Assembly: GCF_009914755.1 (NCBI RefSeq)
Contig: NC_060930.1
Source of the DNA: the human T2T-CHM13v2.0 reference genome, Homo sapiens
Length of the DNA stretch: 64,000 bases
Strand: one strand, 5' to 3'
Made by a program: the position numbers and the translations under genes. Positions 33,481 to 45,366 of this stretch are shown here, one piece after another. The notes beneath the pieces were generated by a model that was not told where the DNA came from, made no database searches, and saw only the letters and a program-made list of their open reading frames with translations. Numbering within the stretch: position 1 is the first letter of the stretch; each line of letters starts with the position of its first letter.

Positions 33481-33743
33481 TTTTTTTAATTTTTATTTAT
33501 TATTATACTTTAAGTTTTAGGGTAAATGTGCACAATGTGCAGGTTAGTTACATATGTATACATGTGCTATGCTGGTGCACTGCACCCACTAACTCGTCAT
33601 CTAGCATTAGGTATATCTTCCAATGCTATCCCTCGGCCCCCCACCCCACAACAGTCCCCAGAGTGTGATGTTCCCCTTCCTGTGTCCATGTGTTCTCATT
33701 GTTCAATTCCCACCTATGAGTGAGAATATGCGCCATTCCATTA
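33481..33743 (-). mobile_element. Short young L1 3' end (L1PA2/3-like) with a perfect 19-bp TSD and a 5' micro-inversion
   Basis: TSD CTGGGATGTAATTATTTCT at 33462-33480 and 33744-33762; antisense L1 3' UTR at 33481-33732. Confidence 0.96.
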
Positions 33744-34490
33744 CTGGGATGTAATTATTTCTAAGGATTCAAGTGGTAACATTCAGGAAGAGGTAATGAC
33801 AGTCGTGAGGACAATTTTTGATTCCCATAAGAATATTTGTCTGATCTTGCCTTCCTAATTCACTATGTAGCTTATACATGCTTGTTGAGTGTTTGGCTAT
33901 ATTCTGACAATTTTCACAATTGTCAATGAGCCATCTATGTCATTAGGAATCTACTGTTATGGTTAATTCCTTATATTTAAAAGTGACAAAAAAGGACATG
34001 ACAATATTCGTTTTGAGAACAATGTCATTGAGCAAACCAGTTATCCAAATAGCGCAGTTTTACACTTCCACCATGAACTTTTTTAGGGGGTTATTTTTAT
34101 AGTAGAAAACATGCATGTTTTGCTACACAGTTTGCATAGAATTAGTATCTGTTCTTACAGCTAAGAGAAATTCTAAGTGTTATAATTTTTTTCTTAATAC
34201 TTCTCTTTGATTTTAAAACCTTTGAAATCCCTTAAGACTTACCATCATTTTCCAAGAATTGTGTTGAGAATAATTCAAAATCATATGGTAAATTACTGCT
34301 TTTATACCTTCTGTTCAGTGGCAGGAGTGGAAGTGCAGCTGAAAGAGTTAATGTAGCTTCAGTTGGTGTCTATTTACTACCACAGAGTGGCAAGCCCCAG
34401 GAGAATATGGCTAAGTGCATGTTTGTGGAGTCAGCTAGTAGCAGCAGGATTTCAGAAAATGACTTAATGCTTTGGTCATGTGCTTCAGTT

Positions 34491-34568
34491 CATATGTAAT
34501 GAACCTGCACATTGTGAGCGTGTACCCTAAAACTTAAAGTGTAATAATAATAAAATTAAAAAAAAAAG
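34491..34568 (+). mobile_element. L1PA extreme 3' stub (about 75 bp)
   Basis: 'catatgtaatgaacctgcacattgtg..gtaccctaaaacttaaagtgtaataat' followed by an A-tail; no clear TSD. Confidence 0.85.
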
Positions 34569-35566
34569 AGTGAAGACAATATTCAGTGTCTTACACCTTC
34601 TGAGTGTTTGCCATTATGTTATCCTTCCAGCTGTGAAATGAATTCTGGGCTGTCCTCAAATCCCAGTAAGTAACTAAAACTGCTCTAATGTGAAGAAGTA
34701 GGTACCAGAGCAGTAATTACTACACACACTTAAAAATGTACCAAGCCCATTTACCCTGTGTTTTTAAAGTGATACATAGGTTGGTTATACTGACACTAAT
34801 TAGACTCATGGGTGATGCCACAGGATGGCATAGACAAGGACACAATTATTGCAATCATGGCTTATTCCAAGTCAGGCTTTATAATACTATAAAGACTGGG
34901 GGCAGTGGGTGTGGTAGTCAGACCCCAATTTTAGACACAGATTTCAGGAATTTATGGCCAGAATTCAATCTGGCTAGAGAACTTTGAAGTAGCTTTGTGG
35001 GTACCAACATATTTAATTGTCAGAAGATGTTGTCTGAGAGGTGAACCAGGACTCCTAAAACAGCATCTTCCTCTGAAGATGGGGCTAAGGCAATTCCAAA
35101 TATGGTGAGTTCCCAAGAGAATAATGGTGATGGTGCCCAGTCTGACATGTACTGAGAATTCAAGATATATTAGACATTATTCTTAATGTTTTCCATGTAT
35201 AAACACATTTAGCAATCCAAACTCATTTAGTCTTTGAAGCAGGTTCTGTTATTATTTCTACTTTATGGATAAGGAGAATGAGGCACAAAGTAGCAAGTTA
35301 TCTGCGGTCACAAAATGGGTCTACTGGGATTCAAACTCAAGCAATGTGATAATAGTTTCTTCACTCTCAATCACAATTTTATGATAATTTAGGAATTTTG
35401 ACATATTTGGTCCCTTATAACTTAAAGTATATTTGGGAAACCTCAAACTTTGCTTTAGTAAGCAAACTTAACATAGAAAAATAGTTTTGGGCTGTCATTT
35501 TAAAAGGAATAAAACTTTGTGATATGCAGTACTTCAATACATCTCAGGAATGTCATCAGGTTAAAA

Positions 35567-35620
35567 TATCTATATCTATATCTATCTATATCTATATCTA
35601 TATCTATATCTATATCTATA
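35567..35620. repeat. (TATATC)n hexamer microsatellite, about 9 copies
   Basis: Directly visible; abuts an Alu tail. Confidence 0.95.
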
Positions 35621-35624
35621 GATG

Positions 35625-35736
35625 ATTTTTTTTGAGACTGAGTCTCTCTCTGTCACCCAGGCTGGAGTGCAGTGGCGCAGTCTCAGCTCACTGCAACCTC
35701 CACCTCCAGGGTTGAAGTGATTCTCCTGCCTCAGCC
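35625..35736 (-). mobile_element. 5'-truncated Alu (right-arm 3' part)
   Basis: 'ttttgagactgagtctctctctgtcacccaggctggagtgcagtggcgc...ctcctgcctcagcc'. Confidence 0.92.
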
Positions 35737-38700
35737 AAAAAATATATTTTATCAGATCATTGTTATCAGATATATAGGTGTCTTTGTAGATATCTGGCAT
35801 GTAGTCCTGATTCCCTGCAAGCATGTATTTTAAAAAGGTGCTTGAAACTCCAGAAATAATGTGTTTTGTAGGTATATTTTTCTGAATTGAGTATTTATTG
35901 TTTTAAAGATGCTCAGAGTTCTGTGACCCACAAATATTAAAAATCCAATCTATAAATCTTTAGATAATTCTTCTCTCCTTCCTTCTCCTCAATGCCACAG
36001 TTGTCTCCTTGAACTCATCTATTTTCATCTTCACTTCTTCCCCTTTTTTATCCCTAGCCCATCACCATGTAGGACCAGTTTCTCTACCATTCTCTCCTTT
36101 GCCCACAGCCATAAGAGCTGATAGTAAAGCCAATTTGGTCATCTTTGAAATGAACTCACCATTTTTTTGGCTTACAAAAGGGTCCAAACTTCAACCACGA
36201 GTGGTCTGAAGGAGTTTGGTGGTTTCAAGTTCACCTTCCCCCAATTGCTGTTCACTCTTTTGAGTCACCTTAGTATATTATGGTTGCCCTGTCTTCCAGA
36301 GCCTGAAACTCAGAAATATCACCCCTTGTCAGAGATTACACAGCAAAACCTGGTTACAGTCTCATGACTTTCTATCTATATGAATGTGTAATTTCTCCCA
36401 CATATGCTTTCAGGAACATTCCCCCTCTGCTCCTCTTTCAAGGCAGATACAAAAGCAAAAATATACTGGGTAGGGAAAATCCAAATTAGAGGACACGCTC
36501 TTCTGGTTTCTTAAATTCTTACTTGAGACAATAACTGGGTATGCTCATCCAGTTCCTGTAGGTCAGAAATCTTAATTTGCAATTGATGTTTAATTCATTC
36601 ATTTGTTTTTTTTTTTTCATTCGATGGCCTGACATTGGACTATGTGCTAATGACATAACAGTAAATAAGGCAGACTATACTTTTGTCTCATACAGGTTTA
36701 ATTCAAAGCCAAACTTCCTTTAGGCTTTCTGAACATAAATCTTTAAATCTTGGGTATTTAATGAATTCTGTGTCCCTAAAGTGAGCAAAATATTTTAGTT
36801 CTCATCTGAATAGGGCCATTCATATCTTTGTCACTTTCTTGCTAAGTATAGCCACTGAAAAATTACTTAATATTTTGGTTTCTTATTAATTGATGTGCAT
36901 GTATAATAGAGATAATAGTAATGCAGTATGATTTTAGTGACTAGAAAGTGTCCTAAAAACATACAGTAGTGAGAGAGCTCCAGGTAGTGAGGGGACCATT
37001 TGAAATCTCATTTCCATCTGGCTGCTTATGCAAACATTTAACTTGCATTTTGCCCTCTTTATGTATATTTCCTTTGTGGTTGCAGGCATCCCTGATGCCA
37101 TTATCTGATGTTTGACTTGAAAATTGAACTTGTCTCTTTGAAATATGTTACACAGTTTAAAAAGTGTAAGCAAACTCTGACATTAAAATCAACTTAAGCA
37201 GAGACAAACAAATGAATATAGATGGGGGTACTTCACTGCTTTTCCCCTGGCTCCCTCCCCTGACTACCCTTTGGCTGGGATGTGTGCAGTTTGACAGAGC
37301 CATAATTCAGTATATGTTCAAAGGCTACAGATTCAGCAGTGAGCACTTAAATGGTACTGTAAGTGATATCTTAACAGCTTCTGTTAGGCTTAAAAATGAA
37401 TTCTTGTACAGACTAATACATTGTACAATTTTTTAAAAAGATGAATGGAGAAAATATCCTGACTTTAATAGAGTGCTCCTCTCATAATAGCTGAAATTTG
37501 TGATTCACCAGCAAGCCCACATAATAGTTTGTGCAGTAGTGGTACTACAGTTTAAGGAAACTTCTTGATTCTAAGCCATAATTAACTAGAATTTATGTTT
37601 AATTATTATAAAAAATAGGATTTCAGTAATCATTTTGTTAGCATTTGTTACACTGGTGTGTTTCTGGGCATTGCTGCTCTTGTAATTTTTTTCAGTACAT
37701 TGAGTACAGCTGTAGGTACTGACTGCTGCAAAGACAGGGCCTGGGACAAATGCTTGTTATGATTGGCTGAGGAGGGCAAGGGTCCTAGGATGGATGACTG
37801 GCTTTCTTTAGTCAAGCTAGGAAACCACCATTTGACAGATACCATAGTTCTTGTCTATTGCTATAATCTTAATTGCTTTGGGGAGACCTGAGATGAGACC
37901 ATAAAGAATATGTAAATATGAACCTCTGAGAATAAGGCAGGACCATTTCTCAGACTTCTCAAGGACACACTGGAAGACCTGTTCATGTAGGTCATTGTTC
38001 TTTGATTGGGGTGGGGGTTGAAATCAGTTTTAGTTAGGTGAATATGCGTAGGGAGAAGCTAATAAAAGACTATATACTTTTGTTTGCCTTAAACTTCATC
38101 TATCTCTTCAAGTTGTTTTTTGTCTCTAAGAAACTAATCTTCTAAGGGAAAGTGAGGCAACAGCAGTATTTTGAAATCATGTTAGTGTACACTTGCAGCC
38201 TCAAGATTCCAAGAAGGCCTATGGAATTTTGTTCTGAGCATATCAGAACTATGTGTTTGCATAAAGGAGCAAACGAGTTCTGAGGCTCCTGTGCATTTAT
38301 GACATGTGTACAGCAAATGCAGAAGCATTGAAAGAGGAGACAGAGTGTGGGTGCACAGGAGGAGACTAGACCAGATGAACAACACCTACTCTCTCACCTT
38401 CTGGGGTAGAAATGGACACAAAGTAAGTGACTAAGAGGAGTGGGTGGATAAGCACATAAAGTTAGGATTCTCTGAGCTCCCTGAATGATATGAACAAGAA
38501 AGACTAAACCAGGATTAGGGAAAATCCAGAACACATAAAGAAAATCAGGTCTCTGAAATATTAACAAAACGATGGATTTTTTTAAAGCAGTTTAATTCAA
38601 TGATTTCAAATTGCATCCTGCCAATTAGGTGCTAATTGGAAGAGTTTAAATTGTGGGAATTTCTACAAAAGGAAAATATGTTTGTCCTTCACATTTCTCG

Positions 38701-38745
38701 ACTCCCTGTAGGACTCACAGGAAACAATTTTTTGTTGTACCGAGG

Positions 38746-39714
38746 TTAGAGGGGCTTAGCAGCCCAGAAGTGCTAAACAGATTGTTTTACATAGTCAACA
38801 GCATTTACTGAGCATTAATTATACAGGAAACATCATATCCTTCACTACATTTTGTCTGAAAAACCGAATATGAAAGATTCTGAGAAGAGACATAGGTTCA
38901 AGTTTAGTAACATCAGGGCCTGCATTAAGAAGCAACCTCACTGATCCCATGGTTCAGCTTCAAGGTTCTAAAGATTGTGTGAGAATGAGACTTCTTTACA
39001 TTTTTTGTTACTTGAGTTTCTTTTTCTTGAAGATAAGCGATAAATTATATCCGACTGAAGCAGGTGCATCTTAGCATTGGTTTCTTCTCTCCAACAAAGG
39101 CTTATTCTCCACAGGAGGTTTTCTTTAATATGAATAAATTATATCAAATTCAGATCATGCTTATAATCCGATATTGGGATTCAGAGCAGCACTTTTTCCG
39201 CAAACAATACCTTTTCTGTCAGGAATACATGTGGCTTTTTCTAAAGACTTTAGTTGGTCAGTTCAAATTTCCCCTCTCTCCCTCTCCTGCCAGTCCTCCC
39301 TCTTATCTTTCCCCTCCCCTCTTTGCTTCCTGCTTACTCCTGTGCTGTGCATTAGAACATATTTTCTCTTGGTAGAAGGCGTTTATCACTTCTTATGGGT
39401 ATGTATCATCACCAGGCGAGTGGATAAGAGCAGTTACAACAAAAATGATAATGAAGAGTTTTCTAGCATGAAGGAAAATAATAGAGCCAGCTCCCTGCAA
39501 TTTACTTGAGTCATGTACAACTCTGGCTGTTTGATGTTCAAAAGCCACACTAGACCTGCCTTTAATCTTTACATGTATAGGTTTTAGCTGCAATTCTTAG
39601 CAGAGCATTAGTTCAAAGGGGAGAAATGCTATCACCACCATCACCACCAACAAACCGAAAACATGCTTAGCGGGGCTTAGAAGCCCCAAAGTGCTAAACA
39701 GATTGTTTTACATA
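38746..39714 (+). repeat. Pair of 48-bp dispersed direct repeats (38746-38793 and 39667-39714) with hairpin potential
   Basis: TTAGAGGGGCTTAGCAGCCCAGAAGTGCTAAACAGATTGTTTTACATA vs TTAGCGGGGCTTAGAAGCCCCAAAGTGCTAAACAGATTGTTTTACATA, 44/48 identical. Confidence 0.9.
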
Positions 39715-42199
39715 AGAGATACAGGCTGGGAGAAGCCCGTTAGAGATCCAATATTAAAAACTGTAGCAGAGGTGGAAACAAGTTTCTGTGCAGCAAATTT
39801 ATGGTCTGAAATATTATGGAATAAAACATTATAGAACAATGCAGTCACCTTCAGGAATTAACATAGTAAACCTGATTTGGATGTGATGTGATGAGCACTG
39901 ACTCCATGCATGTCTTCAGGTTTCAGCAATTCTGAATTCTAAATGTAAACATGGCCAGGCATTCTGGAAGTATATGTGCTCTGTGTCTGTTTACATAATG
40001 GTGTAAGTGTTTCTTCTTTATACAATTAGTGATTTTGAAACTGAGCTTTGTCTTTACATGAAAATAGTATGTATTCTCAGCTTCCCTATATCCCTTATCT
40101 ATTCCAAATGGGACAAATCAGCAAGTTGGAAGAATTGGTTAATTGCAGCAGCTGTTGCACTAATGGTTTTTGGGTTAATTTGTTTGGAAACAATTTATGG
40201 GGAGATGAGTTATTGTTCTCCATAATGAATTTTCAAATATTCAGATTACATTGTCAGAACAGCTGCATTAGCTAGTCTTTAGGAATTATGAAATAATTTA
40301 TTTTCAGGTACCTTATTCCAGAATGGTTTCTCTCTATAATGGTTTAGGTGATGAGGTTTACCACTCAATAAAAAATTAATGCCTTTGGGGAATTGCCTAT
40401 TCTTCCGTAGTATAAGTTTAACTATATTGCTATTGTAGAAGTCATATGAATGCAAAATTAGGTCAGTGTTTTGGGTAGATCCAAAGGTTTTCTTTTTGTT
40501 TGTTTTTTTTTTCAACTGGAGGCTAGTTTTCAGTAATTTTTTTCACTGTTAAGTAACTACCTTGCAGGTTTAAGAATAACTAGCTGTGTGTGGCTATTGA
40601 CTTAGCCCTGGACACAATAAGTTATGCCCAGTTATGCCTGTGTGCCTGAGGAAGTGTCTGTCTTTTCCAGAGTTAGCCAATAAAGGGATGAGGCGTACAT
40701 CTCTCAAACTTATAGATGGAAGGGAAAAAGGCTGTTTTATTTGCAAAACTGCTATTCACACAATTATAAATTTGAAAATTTTGCCTGGATAACTTAATTG
40801 AAAAAAATTCCCTTTTTCCTTTTTTCCCTTCAGTTATGTAGCTTTTCAGCTTAATTCAGGTTTATTTTGGTGGCCATGTTCAGAATTTCTCTTAGATATA
40901 AGATATCAAGAGAGGTAGTTCTAGTTCACATAGAAAGTCAGACTTCATATCAGAGGATTGGACTTGAGGACAAACTATGTCAATTATCAGCCCTGGAATG
41001 TATGGCAAATCACTTCATCTGTCTCTAAGCCTTAGTTTACTCATGGACCAAAGGAAAATGAGAGATTGTTTTCTACCATATCATTGTAAAAATTAAAAGC
41101 ACAATACAAATAAAAATCATTTTTGTTGTATCCTTTTTGGGGTTTGCTAGCTCACGTAAGATGATTTAAAATAAAATTTGCTACAACTGTATAAATAATG
41201 TTTCATACTGATTGATCTCATTCCAGCTTAGGATTTAATCCATGGGGTATGAATTTCAGATTAAGGCTTTTATAACTTATTGCTATTAAATAAATGTAAG
41301 AGAAAGGGGAACTGTAAGGAAATCTAAATATATTCATTTATCACCTCATTCACTCATTGAACATTTATTATGTTTCTGCAATGTGCATGGTACTTAAAGT
41401 ATAGGGGAATATAAATTCTTGACTTTATGCAAGGACTGGCATAAAAGTAAGTAATTGTGATATGATTGGTGTTATAACATAGTTTATAGCAGTGTAGGGT
41501 CTTAAAAGGAAAAGATTACAATGTTGCCTGGGCATGGGAGGGAGGCGGTGAGGATGGGGGTAGTGCAAAATAGGGTTGTGTAAGGGTTCTTCTTCTGTAG
41601 TAGCCCATGGACTGGTGGGGATGCAGATATATAGTTAATTTTAACAAGAAAGATGCTTCGGTAAAGATATGTACAGAAAGACAAAGATATGTACATATGT
41701 ACAAATATGTACTTCGAGAGCACAGAAGAATGATGATTGTCTCCAGAAGGTGAAAACGGCTTCACCTTGGGAGGAAAGATAATTTCAACAACCCTCTATG
41801 GAGGACCCACTCAGTCCTAGGGTGGTGCCAAACACTTCACTTATACTAGCTCACTTCATTATCACAGGGAGAATGGCCTGCTAGTTAACTGTAACCATTC
41901 TGAAACCCTATAAATCTGGATTTTCCTCCCAGTTTCTCAGAAATAACTAATTGTATTACTTCAGATACTTAGTCTTTAAGTCTTTTCAGCCACTAAAAAG
42001 GGATAAATATCCTGCTTCTCTGAAAAGTTGGCATGGGCATTAGTCAGAGTATATATAAAGTAATTAATCTAGTGCCTAGAACATACTAAACACTGACTAT
42101 ATAGTGCATTCTATGGTTGTTCTTGTTGGAGCAATAGCAGCAGTAATAGGGGTAACTGCAGTAGGAGTGGTGGGAGTACAAGTATATGAGATCAGTGTT

Positions 42200-42633
42200 T
42201 GCATTAGTCCATTCTTATACTGCTATAAAGAAATATCGGAGACTGGGTAATTTATAAAGAAAAGTGGTTTAACTGGCTCATGGTTCTACAGACTGTACAG
42301 GAAGCATGATGCTGGCCATCTGCTTGGCTTCTGGGGAGGCCTCAGGAAACTTATAATCATGGCGCTCCATCTAAAAAAAAAAAATCATGGTGGAAGGTAA
42401 AGGGGGAGCCAGTACTTCACATAGCCAAAGAAGGAGAAGGATAGAGAGAGGGGAGGTGCTACACACTTTTAAACCACTGGATCTCAGGAGAACTCACTCA
42501 CTACCATGAAAGCAGCACCAATGGGGAAATCTGCTCCCATGATCCAATCACCTCCCACCAGGCCCCACCTCCAGCATTGGGGATTACATTTCTACATGAG
42601 ATTTGGGTGAGGACACAGATTTAAACCGTATCA
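42200..42633 (-). mobile_element. MSTA/MSTB MaLR solo LTR inserted in a MIR
   Basis: Runs 'tgcattagtccatt...aaaccgtatca'; 5-bp TSD GTGTT/GTATT. Confidence 0.9.
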
Positions 42634-42746
42634 GTATTATTGGCCCCTTTTAAAATATAGGGACGTCAACTCTCAGATGTCCCTATATTTTAAAAAGGGC
42701 CAATAATACTGATATGGTTTGGAAACTCCTTAGTTAAGGAGTTTCC
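42623..42746. repeat. Two adjacent inverted repeats (45-bp arms and 12-bp arms)
   Basis: Arms 42623-42667 / 42676-42720 (3 mismatches) and perfect GGAAACTCCTTA-gt-TAAGGAGTTTCC at 42721-42746. Confidence 0.95.
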
Positions 42747-43564
42747 TCAATGCTAGTGGGTGACAGAGTCATGATTAGAACTCAGGGTTATCTCATTCCA
42801 AAGCTCAAGCTTTTAAATACTAAAAGAAGTTACTATAAAGCTGGTTCCTAAAGCAGCAGGAATATGTCTAAAGAAATCAAGATGAGTACTTCATTTTTGA
42901 AGTACTTTTTGAAGGCTCAGGGTGCCATGTCATGCCAATTGGAGAAAGAACATATATATTTTAAAGACATTCATCCACATGATTTCAAATCAAATCCAAA
43001 ATAGGAATTTGAAAATCAACAGTGTGATTAACACAAGGAACCTTTGTGTTAATTGAAGAAGTTCTTTCAATTTCTTCCTGCTCTGGAACATGAAGAATAA
43101 TTTCTAGTTATCTACGCAGAACTCATCTTAATCAAAAGTAAAAAGCAGTTTGTATGTATGTATGCATGTGTGTGTTTTTCAATAACCCTATTTCTTTGGA
43201 AGATGTTTTTAGAATCCACAATGTTACAGTTTTGCCCCTCCTCCCTTAAATCCAGAGTTCATTGTTTTGGGCATGATACCTCTCAAGCTGTTCTGGAATA
43301 AATGTGGCATATTGATGAAGGTGTCAATTCCTACCCTAGGTTTAACAAAACTCTGTTAGTGACAGGCCCCTCTATCTGTAGGCTTTCCTGTTTCAACACC
43401 TTGGAACCTGATCTTGGGGAGCAACTGTAGTTCTCCAAAGTGGGGTAGGCAGGGATAGAGTTTTTGTGGGGTGAGCCTGGGCTTTGTGCCAGTAGACTTA
43501 TGTTCAAATCCTAGGCTAGTAACTCCCCCTTTCATAAACTCAGTTTCCTTATCTAGAAAATATT

Positions 43565-43694
43565 ATCTACCTTACTGGGTTGACATAGTAGTAAGCAATA
43601 AGTGGTGACTGTCTATTAACATCACATATGTGATCTAGCTTATTGGATTGATATAGTAGTCAGCAATAAGTGGTAGCTATCATTACATATGTGA
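43565..43694 (+). repeat. Diverged two-copy tandem duplication, about 65-bp unit
   Basis: 'atctaccttactgggttgacatagtagtaagcaataagtggt..acatatgtga' occurs twice in tandem. Confidence 0.8.
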
Positions 43695-44869
43695 TACTCA
43701 AGAACATTGCTCCCCTCTTCTATGCCAGAAAGGCTGAGGGATCCTGTAGTTTGAAGCCAAAACTTGCTATTTTGGAGGTACTCCTAAAAATCTAGCTTGC
43801 TGAATTTTTGACTTCCTACTCCTTTTCCAAAGAGGACAGCAGCCTGTCAATTATCCCATCACCTAGAAACCTTGGCATTTATGAAAAATACGGGTCTGGG
43901 ACCCACGTAGGCAGAGTTGACCTGCCCTCACTTAAAGGATCCTGTGAACTCTTTGCATCTGCTTTCCACTTCTCTCCCCTCACTTGTAACTGACATACCC
44001 AATTAATGCCATATTCTATGTGGCTCTGGGTATTTCTCCTCTGATCACATCGCCCAAGTTACGCCCCTGCTCTTTTTTCTTTGACTCATTATTACTGACA
44101 GGTGCCCAGACACTACATTTGGGACTTTGTGCTGGATGTGTCCGTGTTGCTGATGTTCGCTCCATATTTTGCTTGTTTCCTCACTACCGTAAAGTCTCTA
44201 TCTATGCCATAAAGCCAATGACATGCTGTCGGATATACTAAACCTTTCCTGAGAGCCAATAAGAGCCAATGTAATCAGTGTTGTCAATGCATATTTTGGG
44301 GTGGAAAGTATCTATGTCACCATAAAACACTTCAAAAATCCACAGAAAAATGATAAGGCATATGCAAAAAACTGGAAAATGGACCTTAGGATGGTGACTC
44401 GACTTTAAAATATATCTGCAGGAAGGTAAACCCAAAACAAATGCATTCTAATGGTTAACTTTATCTCAATATTTCAAGCTGTTTTGAAGAAAACACCAAT
44501 ACTGTTAAGAATACCTCAGTATCAACCTTGGGCTGATCTAGCTGATACAGTATTATCCTTAGTTTCTAAAGAAAACAGTGATTGCTTTGGGTGAGGAGGA
44601 AATCATCCCTAATTTTATTGTGTAGAGTTCATATGTGTGAATAGCATATATGAAAACACACACACAATCACTCATGTATAAATGTTGAGTCCCATACAAG
44701 AAAATATTGCCTTAGCTTGGAAATACAAGATAAATATGACATAATACATTTCTCTCAAGAATTTTACACATAATTTAGTCTGAGAGATATTTTATTCTAC
44801 ACAGTGTAGGAAGTGATATACCACAAAAAAGTGAGAAATAAAATGCCATAGGATTTCACAGAGGGGTAG

Positions 44870-45366
44870 AGTTCAGATCACGTCCATATAAGAATATCAT
44901 GCCTAAAACTTAAGAGCTAACAACAATCACCATTAATTTGCTCACAATTCTGCAATTTCAGTAAGGCTAAATATGGGTAGCTTGTCTCTGCTTCAAGTCG
45001 TGCTTACTAGGATTGTTTGACTAAAACTGGAGGATCCAAGATTTTTTTACTCACATGTCTGGCATCTTACCTGGGTTGGCCGGGTCTTTCTCTGTTGCCC
45101 TTCATGGTCTCTCATCCTCCAGAGCCTCTGTTTCTAGGAGGAAGATCAGACTTCTTTACATGGTTGCTGGTTTCAAAGAAGGTGAAAGTAGAAGCAGCGG
45201 GCTCAGTAAAATCTAGACCTATACCTGGCAAAGTGTCACGCCTGCCACATTCTATTGGCTAAAGCAAATCACAAGAGTGGATTATATTCAAAAGGAGGGA
45301 AAATAGCATGTGTATATAGTTGTGGGAAGAATTGTTGGTGGCTATCTTTGGAAATAATCTACCACA
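44870..45366 (-). mobile_element. MaLR LTR (MLT1 family)
   Basis: 'ttgctcacaattctgcaatt', 'gccacattctattggctaaagcaaatcacaag' and terminus 'aataatctaccaca'. Confidence 0.75.
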
